Of a stretch of DNA of 64,000 nt, positions 50,405 to 62,100 are shown piece by piece. This stretch comes from Owenia fusiformis. Taxonomy: Eukaryota. Every line of letters begins with the position of its first letter. Within the stretch, counting starts at the first letter, position 1. Both the position numbers and the translations under genes were made by a program. The stretch is taken from the NCBI GenBank assembly GCA_903813345.2, contig CAIIXF020000001.1:40548001-40612000 (forward strand), given 5' to 3'. The notes under the pieces were generated by a model, which did not search any database, was not told the DNA's origin, and saw only the letters and a program-made list of their open reading frames with translations.

Positions 50405-52192
50405 ATGGCGCACTACATGTCTCATGAAGAGTTGGAACAACAGTCTAGGACAGCTGAGGAACTTATAGATAAAATGTCTGAAGTACTACATGTAAATAAC
50501 TCCTTGAGATTTACTGATGAGGACATCAATAATGGTGTAACCAAGCGTCACTTAAAGGAAACAGAAAACAAACGTCTCAGGGAGAGTCTTGGCGATATCG
50601 AACGTGAAAACCAGAAGTTGTTGGCCTCCATTGATGACGTATATGCAGAATATGAAACCAGAAAATCCGAGCTGGAGCGCCTTATCAAAGAGAAAGAACA
50701 AGAACATACACAAAGGAAACAACACTATGCCAACTTATTGAATAGGGATCGAGATACAATATATGGAAATACAACTGAGAAACTTAAGCAACCAACAGGA
50801 ATATCTGCAAATGCCACCCTCTTAGACATATCACGAGTCAGAAAAAACAATGATGTCCTTCCTACAGTTGGAAATTTCAATACATCCACTCCAACAACCA
50901 AACCAGTTGCACCTGTGAAACAATACTACAAAGAGCCAAAGATCAACAAATTCATTGGAAAAGAACAAAATATATATGACTGGGTAGATGATTGTAAACG
51001 GGCCTTGAAGAAGATTCCTGAAGAAGACCAGTATGATTATCTACTCTCACACTTAGAAGGAATGCCTCGGAAAGAAGCTAAGCTTCTTGGTGAAATAGCA
51101 AAGCCTGATGAGATATTCACCACCCTTCAAAGAGTTTATGGCAGTAGACAGACTAAACATTCTGCTCTTCAACTATTCCTCAACACAAAGCAGAACAAGG
51201 ATGAGAACATAAAAGCCTACAGTCAAAGACTAATGACACAGCTGGAACTGCTGCAGAACTCCCACGACGAGTTTTTGTGTATTGACAACACAGATAGACT
51301 TATCAAAACTCAGTTTGCCAATGGAGTTTCATCAGAAGTGATGCGTCTAATGTTGTATGATAAACTTAAACAACAACCTGCTATATCATTCACAACTCTA
51401 CGCGAAGAGGCATTCATAATGGAGGAGAAGCATGATAGGCAGTCCACTACTACTACAGATACATCAATTAGGGATATTATACAAGACCAAGTAAGGAAAA
51501 CTCTACAAACTTCAAACTGTACCACTGCTGACTCAGCGCCTACTAGTATAACATCTGATCGTACTTTGTTGAAAGAATTAGTGAAGGAGGAAATCCAAAA
51601 GGAATTTCAGAAGGATGTTATGACAAATTACATCTCCCAGAAGCAAGGTTACAATCATCCAGAACATGGACCAGGATACTTTGATACAGACCCCCATGGC
51701 TACAGTAACAGAGGAGACTTCAGTAATAGAGGAGGCTTCAGTACCAGAGGAGGCTACAATAACAGAGGAGGCTACAGTAACAGAGGAGGCTACAGTAACA
51801 GAGGAGGCTACAGTAACAGAGGAGGCTACAGTAACAGAGGAGGCTTCAGTAACAGAGGAGGTTCCAGTAGCCAAGGAGGTTTCAATGATAGAGGATACTT
51901 CAGTGATAGTAGAGGGTTCAACAATCATGATGATACTCGCAACAACTATGACCAGAATAGGATCTATACAAATCAGCATTTTCCCCATAGAGACTTTGCT
52001 CAGAGAGGCTATGGTGACACAAGGGGTAGAGGTACATCACATGGAAACAGAACATATCCAGGTGGAAATGTTACAACTCGTTATCAGCAAAGAGATCAAG
52101 GTTATCAAGACTACCCTCAGAATAATGGAAATTCTGGTAACTGGAGGAACAGCAACCAAGAAAATACTTCCTCAAATGTTCAAAAAAACTAG
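50405..52192 (+). CDS. gag: Gypsy Gag (595 aa): coiled coil, capsid domain, RGG/YS-repeat C-terminus, no CCHC knuckle
   Basis: Capsid-like KFIG…IYDWV…LLSHLEG…KQNKDENIKAYSQRL; (GYSNRG)n from an 18-bp repeat at ~51698-51900; only three scattered Cys. Confidence 0.92.
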   Translation: MAHYMSHEELEQQSRTAEELIDKMSEVLHVNNSLRFTDEDINNGVTKRHLKETENKRLRESLGDIERENQKLLASIDDVYAEYETRKSELERLIKEKEQEHTQRKQHYANLLNRDRDTIYGNTTEKLKQPTGISANATLLDISRVRKNNDVLPTVGNFNTSTPTTKPVAPVKQYYKEPKINKFIGKEQNIYDWVDDCKRALKKIPEEDQYDYLLSHLEGMPRKEAKLLGEIAKPDEIFTTLQRVYGSRQTKHSALQLFLNTKQNKDENIKAYSQRLMTQLELLQNSHDEFLCIDNTDRLIKTQFANGVSSEVMRLMLYDKLKQQPAISFTTLREEAFIMEEKHDRQSTTTTDTSIRDIIQDQVRKTLQTSNCTTADSAPTSITSDRTLLKELVKEEIQKEFQKDVMTNYISQKQGYNHPEHGPGYFDTDPHGYSNRGDFSNRGGFSTRGGYNNRGGYSNRGGYSNRGGYSNRGGYSNRGGFSNRGGSSSQGGFNDRGYFSDSRGFNNHDDTRNNYDQNRIYTNQHFPHRDFAQRGYGDTRGRGTSHGNRTYPGGNVTTRYQQRDQGYQDYPQNNGNSGNWRNSNQENTSSNVQKN

Positions 52193-52220
52193 CAAGTTCT
52201 CTGGACAGTGGCACCAGAGA
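52183..52220 (+). promoter_or_regulatory. -1 ribosomal frameshift signal joining gag and pol
   Basis: Slippery A AAA AAC (52183-52189) directly before the gag TAG; 8-nt spacer; 7-bp stem tctctgg/ccagaga (52198-52220); the -1 frame is open through to the pol Met at 52336. Confidence 0.85.
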
Positions 52221-55200
52221 TGAAAGCTTAAAAGACCACAGTGTACAGAATAATGCAACCAATGTAAATCCTCATGAAATTCCTATTAAGACCAGTACAA
52301 GTAATGATAAAAACACACATATCAAGAATGTAGACATGAACAAATTAATAGGAGAAAGTCCAACAAGAGAAATAATGATTGACAATATTCCAGTCAATGT
52401 AACAATTGACAGTGGCAGTACTGTGACTTTGATGTCCAAGGAATTTTTCAATGAACACTTTTCTCATAAAACTTTACAACGTGACAAGTGGTGTAGAATA
52501 AGAGCTGCAAACAACCTGTTAATTCCTTATGATGGTTTTATGGTAGCAGATGTACAAATTGAAAATCAACTAATTAATGATGTTGGAATTATTATCCATG
52601 GACAGGATGGTGCCAAGCCCGATTGTCTAATTGGATGTAATATCTTACAACATGTGCAGCTGTACAGACTCCCAAAATCGGAAGAAAAACAGTCCGAAAC
52701 CAGAACACAGACTGTGAGAGTTGACAAAGAAGTATTTATTCCTCCAGGAACATGTCTTCATGTACAAGTGAATACAGGACATTTTAGTGATGTAGGAATT
52801 GTCGAACCCACAGATAAACCATTACCTGGCAACGTACAAATAACACCTGGCGTTATAGATGGTACACACGATGAGAAATGGGTCAAAGTTGCTAACATTT
52901 CCAAGGTTGGAGTAAAACTGAACCAGCGAACTCCAATTGGGAAAATTGAAAGCTCCAAAGAAACTTGCAGCCCATATTCAGTCCATTATTCCCAGGCAGA
53001 AAATTGTTTCGAACTTACACACCAGGAAACAGAAAATACTTCAGAAAAGTTCATAAAACTGGTGGATGAAAGACTAGCTGAATTCCCTGGAACTGATGCT
53101 GAGAGAGAAATCGCAAGAGAAATGTTCTACAGAAACCAGTCTGTATTTGCCCAAGATGATGAAGACTTTGGACACACAGATGCAGTAGAACATGAGATAC
53201 ATTTAATCAATCCTAGTAAACAGGTCAAACAGCCATATAGGAGAATACCACCTCATTTGTGCCAAGAAGTAAAAGAGCATATACAGAAACTACTGGATAA
53301 GAAGATCATTCAACCCAGCAATAGTCCGTTCGCAAGTCCTATCGTGTTGGTTAGAAAAAAGAATGGAAGTCTTCGCCTTTGTGTCGATTATCGACAATTG
53401 AACAACAACACGATAAAAGACAGTTATCCACTTCCACGTATAGAAGAATCGATGGATGCTCTCATAGATGCCAAGATATTTTCCACCTGCGATTTAGATA
53501 ATGCTTACCACCAGGTCAAGGTAGCTGAGAATGATGTGCCTAAGACTGCCTTCACGACACCGTTTGGATTATATGAATATCCAAGAATGGCATTTGGTTT
53601 GACAAATAGCCCTGCTACTTACCAAAGATTGATGCAAACAGTCTTCAAAAATGAAATTTTCAAAAGCGTACTAGTATATTTAGATGACATCATCTGTTAC
53701 TCTAGCAGTGTTCATGATCATATTACCAAGCTGGAGAATGTTTTCCAAATATTGAGACAAAATTCCTTGAAGCTGAAATGGGAGAAATGCAATTTCTTCA
53801 AGGCTGAGGTCACTTACTTAGGCCATATGATCTCAAAGGATGGGATTAGACCAGATGAGACAAGAATAGAAGTACTGAAGAACTGGCCCGTTCCTGAAAC
53901 AGTTAAAGATCTCCGAAGATTCCTTGGTCACACAAGCTACTCAAGAAGATTTGTGAAAGACTTCGCCAAGATTGTCCGTCCATTACATGAAATCCTTAAC
54001 GGAAATGGTAAAGTTGGCAAAAGGAAATCCAAAAGTGTATCCATCAAGGAATTGTGGGACACAAAATGTCAGAGTGCATTCAACATTTTGAAAGATAAAA
54101 TCATTAATGCACCCATACTGGCTTTTGCTGACTTCAAAAAGCCTTACATCCTAGAGGTAGACAGCAGTCATGTTGGGATTGGAGCTGTTCTCTATCAGAT
54201 GCAACAAGGAACCAAGCGAATAATAGCATGTGCAAGCAGAGCTCTAAGGAAAGCTGAGAAGAACCTTAGAAATTATTCTAGCATGAAGCTCGAGCTTCTT
54301 GGACTGAAATGGGCCATGACAGAAAAGTTTCGTGATTATCTCCTTGGATCTTTTGTTACTGTTTATACAGACAACAATCCCCTTACACATATCATGACTG
54401 TGAAAAAGCTCCCAGCAGTGGAACAAAGGTGGGTTTCAGAGTTGGCTGCATTCAATTTTGAATTGAAATACAAGGCTGGTGTCATGAATAAGTCAGCAGA
54501 TGCATTGTCGAGACTGAGAAACAACTCTACAGAAGAGGATAGGGATGAAGATTTCATAACAAGTGCAATGCAAGTCACAATAGAAAGATGCACAGATACT
54601 ACATTTATTCCATCCGAAGTTAAAGAAGCTGACTTTATCCCAAATCTGGTGGATCCAGTTGTTGATGTATGCACTGCACAAACACCATGTCCAGTCTTAA
54701 CTGTAGTTGACAGTGGTGAATATATTTCTTGCAAACATAGTGCTGAGGAAGATGTTTCAACCACGGGTAGTTTTACGCCATTCCCTACAATAACTGAATC
54801 TGGTTTTGGTGAACTACAAGATCAAGATGAAGAGATCAAAGTTATCAAAAAACTTGTGAGGAAGAAAAAGATGCCAAGTTCAGCTATGAAAAATCAGCTT
54901 TCAAAAGACCAGAAAAGCTTACTAAAACATTTCAGTCGACTAAGCTTGAAAAAAGGAATACTGATAAGAACCATAAAAAACAGTAATCAGTCTCCTATAA
55001 CCCAAGTTGTAACGCCAAAATGTATACGAGAGAAAGTCCTGAGAGAAACACATGAAAATAGTGGACATCAAGGTTGCGAAAGAACATTTAGATTGATTGA
55101 AAATAAATACTTTTGGCCAAACATACAAAATGACATCAAAGAATGGATCAGGTCATGTGATCGCTGTGTTCATGGGAAGGTGCCATACAAGAACATTTAC

Positions 55201-56163
55201 ACATCAATGGGTAGACTTATGGCAAAACAACCCAATGAATTACTATGTACCGACTACACTCTATTGGACAAGGCATCGAATGGCATGGAGAATGTATTGA
55301 TCTGTACTGATGTTTTTACAAAGTACACATTGGCGATACCTACAAGAGACCAAAAAGCTGTAACAACTGCAAAAGCCCTTGTTAAAAACTGGTTTAACCA
55401 TTATGGGATACCATCTCGCATCCACTCTGACCAGGGCAGGAATTTTGAAAGTAAAATTGTCAGTGAACTCTGCAAAATATACTCTATTGACAAATCCCGC
55501 ACAACACCTTATCACCCTGAAGGCAATGGCCAAGCAGAAAGATTTAACAGGACGTTACATAATCTTTTGAAAACTTTGTCAGCTGAACAGAAACTCAAGT
55601 GGCCAGAATATATAGATGCCGTAGTCGCAAGGTACAACTGCACGCCACATTCATCGACTGGATACAGTCCTTTCTTTTTAATGTTTGGACGTAACCCAAA
55701 GCTACCATTGGATATTATCTCTGGAACTGAGGGCATTGATGAAGATGAAGGTGAAGGTGATACAGGCGGAACCAGTAGTTGGATTAATAAACACAGGGAC
55801 CACTTGAAACAGTCTTACAGATTGGCGTCACAAAAGATACACAAAGAAGCAGACAGGAGACAAAAGCTCCATGATACACATGCATATGAAAGTGATGAAA
55901 TCCACTGCAATGATAAAGTCATTGTGAAACAGCATCCTCAAGGAAGAAATAAGATCCAAGATGGGTATGGTGATGAGGTTCATATTGTGAAAGACATTAA
56001 GGATTCCAAAACATTTGTTCTTCAATCAGAGAGTGGTCTGCTGAAAACTGTGCATAGAAGAGAGATCAAAAAGTTACCAGAGTACTTGCGGAAGATGGAT
56101 ACTATTGAAGAAGTTAGGGAGTTTGTTCCGAGACGTTCGCAAAGGTTGGCGAACAAAAGCTAA
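52183..56163 (+). CDS. pol: Gypsy Pol: aspartic protease, dUTPase-like insert, reverse transcriptase, RNase H, integrase
   Basis: IDSGS protease site; LRLCVDYR and YLDD RT motifs; LEVDSS…GAVL…ELL…YTDN RNase H; H-x4-H…CDRC zinc finger; CTDY…HSDQG…AERFN DDE integrase. No stops. Confidence 0.97.
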   Translation, partial: KKLASSLDSGTRDESLKDHSVQNNATNVNPHEIPIKTSTSNDKNTHIKNVDMNKLIGESPTREIMIDNIPVNVTIDSGSTVTLMSKEFFNEHFSHKTLQRDKWCRIRAANNLLIPYDGFMVADVQIENQLINDVGIIIHGQDGAKPDCLIGCNILQHVQLYRLPKSEEKQSETRTQTVRVDKEVFIPPGTCLHVQVNTGHFSDVGIVEPTDKPLPGNVQITPGVIDGTHDEKWVKVANISKVGVKLNQRTPIGKIESSKETCSPYSVHYSQAENCFELTHQETENTSEKFIKLVDERLAEFPGTDAEREIAREMFYRNQSVFAQDDEDFGHTDAVEHEIHLINPSKQVKQPYRRIPPHLCQEVKEHIQKLLDKKIIQPSNSPFASPIVLVRKKNGSLRLCVDYRQLNNNTIKDSYPLPRIEESMDALIDAKIFSTCDLDNAYHQVKVAENDVPKTAFTTPFGLYEYPRMAFGLTNSPATYQRLMQTVFKNEIFKSVLVYLDDIICYSSSVHDHITKLENVFQILRQNSLKLKWEKCNFFKAEVTYLGHMISKDGIRPDETRIEVLKNWPVPETVKDLRRFLGHTSYSRRFVKDFAKIVRPLHEILNGNGKVGKRKSKSVSIKELWDTKCQSAFNILKDKIINAPILAFADFKKPYILEVDSSHVGIGAVLYQMQQGTKRIIACASRALRKAEKNLRNYSSMKLELLGLKWAMTEKFRDYLLGSFVTVYTDNNPLTHIMTVKKLPAVEQRWVSELAAFNFELKYKAGVMNKSADALSRLRNNSTEEDRDEDFITSAMQVTIERCTDTTFIPSEVKEADFIPNLVDPVVDVCTAQTPCPVLTVVDSGEYISCKHSAEEDVSTTGSFTPFPTITESGFGELQDQDEEIKVIKKLVRKKKMPSSAMKNQLSKDQKSLLKHFSRLSLKKGILIRTIKNSNQSPITQVVTPKCIREKVLRETHENSGHQGCERTFRLIENKYFWPNIQNDIKEWIRSCDRCVHGKVPYKNIYTSMGRLMAKQPNELLCTDYTLLDKASNGMENVLICTDVFTKYTLAIPTRDQKAVTTAKALVKNWFNHYGIPSRIHSDQGRNFESKIVSELCKIYSIDKSRTTPYHPEGNGQAERFNRTLHNLLKTLSAEQKLKWPEYIDAVVARYNCTPHSSTGYSPFFLMFGRNPKLPLDIISGTEGIDEDEGEGDTGGTSSWINKHRDHLKQSYRLASQKIHKEADRRQKLHDTHAYESDEIHCNDKVIVKQHPQGRNKIQDGYGDEVHIVKDIKDSKTFVLQSESGLLKTVHRREIKKLPEYLRKMDTIEEVREFVPRRSQRLANKS

Positions 56164-56615
56164 ACGGTTCAAGTATTCTGTTATATTGTTATTATGAATA
56201 ACAATTTGTTCTGCTGAGTACTATAAGTAATGCTATTTCGTTATGTACATTTGCTTATGTCATACTTATGACCAACAATTTAATACACGCCGCATCTGTG
56301 GTTCTTCCTTTAAATTATTTTATGGTCGTGGTTGTAGGGGAGGTATAATTCCATACCTTATATTTACAAGTAACAACTACACTTGCCTTGCAGTGTTTAA
56401 ATTTCATATTTATGAGGTATAGCGGATTTTATATTTCGTATGAGCTACATGTATCATTATGTAAAGCATTGTATTTTGTATTACTATACCTGCTACTATT
56501 AGTGTGCAGATGATTGTATATTGTATTTTGTAAGTAACAGTCAGTCATGTTATATCAGTCAGAGTTTCAATTGTATTCTTTAATGCGGGACGCATTACCA
56601 CGATGTGGGCGTGGA

Positions 56616-57831
56616 TGTAACAGGCTTGTTAGACACCCTGTACTAAGGTTTAGCTTACAAGTTATTTAGTGAATTAAGTGAGCCATACAACTGTTCTCAA
56701 CCTCACTTTAGGGTTCAATTTTCTATTTCAATAGGTACTTTCTATGTACAAGCTATTTTTAGCCCATTGTATTTTTGTATTGACTATGTATTTTCAAACC
56801 CTGCTGTGGCAGTGATTTGTAGTTTTCATCTGTAAAGCTCAGTTCACTGGCTGAGACTGTCCAAGCAGGACAACTGGGTAAATATTGTACTATTTTTTAC
56901 ATTTTTGTAATGTCATGGTCCAAAGTCTCCCACTTTGTAATATTTTATAGCATACATTTCTTACTTATTTCAACTATAATGACCATATTATAAACACTAG
57001 TTGAGAAGTAATAATTGTTAGCTTCATCTTCAATGTAAACCTGTTTGTAATATTTAGTCCATGTGTCACGCCCAATTTGTGTCCAGCTTTCATGGCTGTA
57101 CATTTTGGTTTCTATTGATTGTAGAGTGACACGTTATCTACTGTACCATGCTTAGCCAGTGGGCTCATAACCTCATCCCCTAGGGACCATTAGTAAGTTT
57201 TTTATCATAGCCTTATCTTACTTAGTAAACTTGTAAGTTTGTAATAATTGGATGTGATGTAAATTCAAGATGTCAATGTCATATTCGCAAGAGCTCAAAT
57301 ACTTTTAGGCTTCATGTTTACTCTAATGGGACATTTTGTCTATGTGGTATTAGTGAATAGGATATCTGGTAATTTTGTTATTTGCTTTAGTGGCAAACAT
57401 TACATTTTCCAATTTTGGCATTTGTTATATTTCTAGTACTGAGTGACCCACAATATTGTGACAACCTTCAGTCGCTGACTCGCTTAGTATAATAGTCCAC
57501 GAGGGTATGTTGATGTATTTTATATGCCAGTTGCATGTATTTTAAATAGTGAATAATGTAAGGTTATAGCTTCAAAGCATCTGAACAATGTTAGTTTGTA
57601 GTATGAGTATTATAGTTCACACATATTTTGGTACCATTGTAGCTTATATGTATTGCGTGTATTACAGTTGATACACATTATGGTACCTTTTGTACTTTCA
57701 GGGAACTCCAACTCCCCGTTGTTGTGATGTGATTGAAATGAATATACCCATTTGACTGATAAACATATATACTGTTGCGTTTGTGCTTATTTTGCTAATA
57801 TAAACCCACGTCGACCTTGCCCCCGGTCACA
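56616..57831 (+). repeat. 3' LTR
   Basis: Copy of 47961-49176; preceded by hairpin taatgcg-gga-cgcatta and the imperfect polypurine tract gatgtgggcgtgga. Confidence 0.97.
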
Positions 57832-58494
57832 TAAAGAACATCATTAAACTTACAATATCACTTTCAAAACAATTACAATCATGTGAGTCGATTAACATCT
57901 AGGTTGTCTCCATTTCATTATGTTATAATATTTCTAATTAGAAAGCTGGGTTGATGTTGAACAGTTGAACCTATGTTCTCTTGAAAATAACATCATTAAA
58001 CATACAATATCACTTTCAAAACAATTACAATCATGTGAGTCGATTTAACATCTAGGTTGTCTCCATTTCATTATGTTATAATATTTCTAATTAGAAAGCT
58101 GGGTTGATGTTGAACAGTTGAACCTATGTTCTCTTGTAAAGAACATCATTAAACTTACAATATCACTTTCAAAACAATTACAATCATGTGAGTCAATTTA
58201 ACATCTAGGTTTTCTCCATTTCATAATGTTATAATATTTCTAATTAGAAAGCAGGGTTGAACAGTTGAACCTATGTTCTTTCGTAAAGAGCATCATAAAC
58301 TTACAATATCACTTTCAAAACAATTACAATCATGTGAGTCGATTTAACATCTAGGTTGTCTCCATTTCATTATGTTATAATATTTCTAATTAGAAAGCTG
58401 GGTTGATGTTGAACAGTTGAACCTATGTTCTCTTGTAAAGAACATCATTAAACATACAACATCACTTTCAAAACAATTACAGTCATGTGAGTCA
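57832..58494. repeat. ~150-bp tandem repeat (4-5 units); first unit begins at ~47887 and is split by the Gypsy insertion
   Basis: Unit ttcattatgttataatatttctaattagaaagctgggttgatgttgaacagttgaacctatgttctcttgtaaagaacatc… recurs at ~57914, ~58067, ~58219 and ~58367. Confidence 0.93.
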
Positions 58495-59113
58495 TTTAGA
58501 CATTTTGCAGCTGATAAGCTGAAGCTGAATGGGTGATGTCACATGTGCATTACACCAGTTCCAAAACAAACACCAGTTTCAGATGTTAAAGATCAGGGTC
58601 TCTCACTTTGGAATGGTGCTCAAATGTTGACAATTGTGGAAAATGAAGTTATAGCATAATGGTTGAATACCCCCCATTTCCCAAATAACGAAAATTGATC
58701 TGTCTTTCACTTAATGCTAAAAAAATCAGAAATTTACTCAAATGAAATCTTCATTTACCCCCTCCCCTGAAATAATTTACTTTAAAATTCCACATTTGTT
58801 GACATTTGAACACGATACCTTACTCAAGCTGTGGACTTTCTATAGATGGGTGTGCTGTTAGGTGTCCTCTCAAGTTTCAGAGCGAAATCTCTGTAAATTA
58901 AACTGCCAAACCACACCATCTATCATTGATATCAAAATGTTTTGTTAATTCTATTTTGTTGTTGGAAAGGAATTTCAAATAAATTAATCTTACCATCCAC
59001 TCAAGATGGCACCTTATGTGTGAACTTAAAATTTTGATATACATCATCTTCAGAAAGTCCATGGTTTTGTAGAAAAAAAGCTAAGTTGGAGTCCAATGGC
59101 AAGTTAAGTTATG

Positions 59114-62100
59114 CTACCTTAAATCTGCTATAATAATTAGAACACTAATAAGATATGTAACGACCATGAGGTTAGAGTATACATTTAGTCTTGTAGCCTC
59201 CCCAGTACTCTCATCATAAGTGGTCTCCTGGGGCTCTACAACATTTGCTTTGACCTTCGGATCACATTCTGGCCCAAGCAACCTCAGACTATAATCTATA
59301 GAAGTGGACATTATAGATGGCGCATTGTCATTACACCAATTGTCTGTTTCTATATCTACTATGGCACCACTCCTTCTATGTTTTAAACTCTGAAAAGAAA
59401 AGAGCAATATGTATAGTACATAGAACTAAACAGGATAAAACTGGTAAAACATATGAGTATAGCAGTTACAGAAATCGTCATTATTTTTTTAACATAAGGT
59501 TGGCTTAATATCATCTTGGTCCCTATATAATCAAGTATATTATACGTAAATTCAAAACATTTTTTCAACTTATGAAGATGCATTTAATAGTGAAATGAAA
59601 TTGTGAGATTTTATAAATATGAATTAAGGACAATTAACCACCGTGATGAAATTTCACAGAACAACATTAGAGAGGTTTCATGTTATGCTTTTGGTGAAAT
59701 GTTTCCAAATTGTCTACATGAGAGTAATTGTTCATTTTGCAGAATATGTGTTTTGCTGCGACTTACTAAACAATTAGCCAGCTGCCCCTGGTGCTTCAAG
59801 CCCTCATTGGTAACTATAAAGTATTGATGTTTCTTGTGGTGCCAATGTGCTAAACACTGCCAATGCACATCTGGAACATGAAATATATAAAACGTTATCT
59901 CACAATCTCTTGTAAATATTCAATACTGACAATTAACCAATAACACTGCCAATTACAAGTTCCCAATAGGATGAGTTGAAAAATCATGGCTTAAAAAAAC
60001 ATGAAACATGACTATGAATATATTTGCTAAAAATGAAATTTTGAGCTTCTTGGTGAGTAATTTATAGCCAAACAAACACAAATAATTTTCTCTCAAATTT
60101 TTGGCCAAAATAATGATGGGTGACCCTGGATCTGATAGTCTGGTTGTTAGAATTGACTTTTATTCTGTCCTTAATCCTGAATCATTATGACAAAGCCTGC
60201 TCACAACAATACTTAATTTTTACCTTCTTTTCCAAGACAATCGGTATCTATGGAAATGCTGTCATTCTTAGGGCATCTTCCCTTCACTGTTGTTGAACAA
60301 AATATATTCTCTTCATCAAAGCGACCAATCAATGGACAGGGAGAGCCATGGGAGGTTGCTAAAAATACACATTGGTTCATCAATATTCCAATTCAAGTAC
60401 AAGGCATCAACATGCAAAATGTCACCACCTGCCATTTGTTACAGCTGCTAAACACCAACCGCTGAATACTGAACACCAACACCATCCATAAAAAGTTGGA
60501 GAAAAACTTAACTATAAGATGTCTGAACTATCTCACTGGATTTGCTCTCATGGTATGCAATTTATGATATACAACTTATGGACAATATTATGGGTAAATA
60601 AGAGGAATATAAACCATACATTTACTTACCATTGAATATGATAGTCCGTTCCTGTGGAGTGAAGTGTAAACAGCCATGTACTGCCTCTTCTCTCGTGTTA
60701 TACAAATCACCTGCAATTAAAATATGTGATATTAGCTTATGGTAGCCCGTATTCATAATCTGACTTTGTATTAAAGAACCTAAAGAACTATAGAACTCAT
60801 TAAATTGTTTAATAATAGAACACACACCTTTAGATTTATCAAGCTAGGTTGTTGATTAATTCTATCTCAACAAGGGATCAAAATAATATGATCACTAAAT
60901 ACATCAATAAAATATTTGATTGTAGGAGGTACATACTTTTCTCGACCTCCAACACATGGTGATTTCTTCTGTGGATCACAATACATTGAAACTTTGACAC
61001 GCTGCAACAAATAATAAGAAATTATTTTAGGTAACCATTTTAATATATCTAATTGGATTTTGATTCTGCAAATCAAATACTTTTCTATGTGCATTAATTT
61101 ATTATAATTCACTGAAAAGTGAAATCATGCAATAATTTGTGGTAATGCACTACTACATTAAAATGTGCAATAAAGCACACAAATCTGATTGGCAAAAACA
61201 CAATTAGTACATGTATATTGGAATTAAATATAGCCTATTTCATCTACTACACAATTGGTCAACTTTTGTTGACAAAGGAAATGTTAAAGATATAAGAAAT
61301 TCTATCCCCTACAAAAAACTAGCCATAGGAATGTATTTTCTTGGAGGATGTAAGGTTTTGTAACTTGAATTGTGACAACTTACCATCCAGTTGTGGTAAA
61401 ACTAACAAACTTGAAGAGTCTTTCATGCTCTTCAAAACTACTGATGCACTTCATTTTCCCGATGACATCATCGAGGGTGCCATCCGGCTTGACCAAGTGG
61501 TACACTTCTAGAGATGAATGGCTTCCATCAGATTGCAGTATTTTGGTGCCAGCAATATTGCGCCAGATTTTCCTATGAATCCACTGTGGATATTCACACT
61601 GAGCCGATGGCCAGATGTGATCTGAAAATGAAGGAAAATTGGATATACTTTTGGCAAGGCCTCGTTTGAAAATATCCACTTTTCATTCAAATACTTTTTC
61701 TCTCGACTTAAAAGGGTTATTAAGACATTCTAAGATTCTTTGGAAAAAAGTAAAATTTCAAAAAAAATTTTTTCTAAATATTTGAATTTCCCACCATTTT
61801 AAATAACAACAAAGATTTGCAAATAAATACAATGACCAACTTTACAGGTGTAAAATGCATTATTTTATTCATATACAAGCGAGTTTAGTTCAGTGTTTTA
61901 TGCAAAATCTTCAAATAAAATGCAAAGCAAAAAATGTATACAGAATGATACTATAATAGGAAATCAGGTCATACAACATATTTTTAAGAACATGTTTGCA
62001 TATAATGAACATGCATATAAATTAGCATTTCTTTGTGAATGAAAAGTGAAACCTACTTCTTGTTAGATCAAACTCTAAATCCTCCATATACTCATCAGTT

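Larger units (their letters stand above)
47961..57831 (+). mobile_element. Full-length Ty3/Gypsy LTR retrotransposon (9871 bp)
   Basis: LTRs 47961-49176 and 56616-57831 (TG…CA, both 1216 bp); 4-bp TSD TAAA; PBS; purine-rich tract before the 3' LTR; intact gag and pol with PR-RT-RH-IN order; no env. Confidence 0.98.

Noticed and set aside
51578..52223. ORFs 51666-52223 (+, TEEATV repeats) and 51578-51988 (-) as overlapping genes
   Set aside because: They are alternative-frame readings of the 18-bp Gag repeat, which lacks stops in those frames; no independent evidence.
56164..56615. env gene in the Gypsy element
   Set aside because: Only ~450 bp of AT-rich sequence with no ORF between the pol stop and the 3' LTR.
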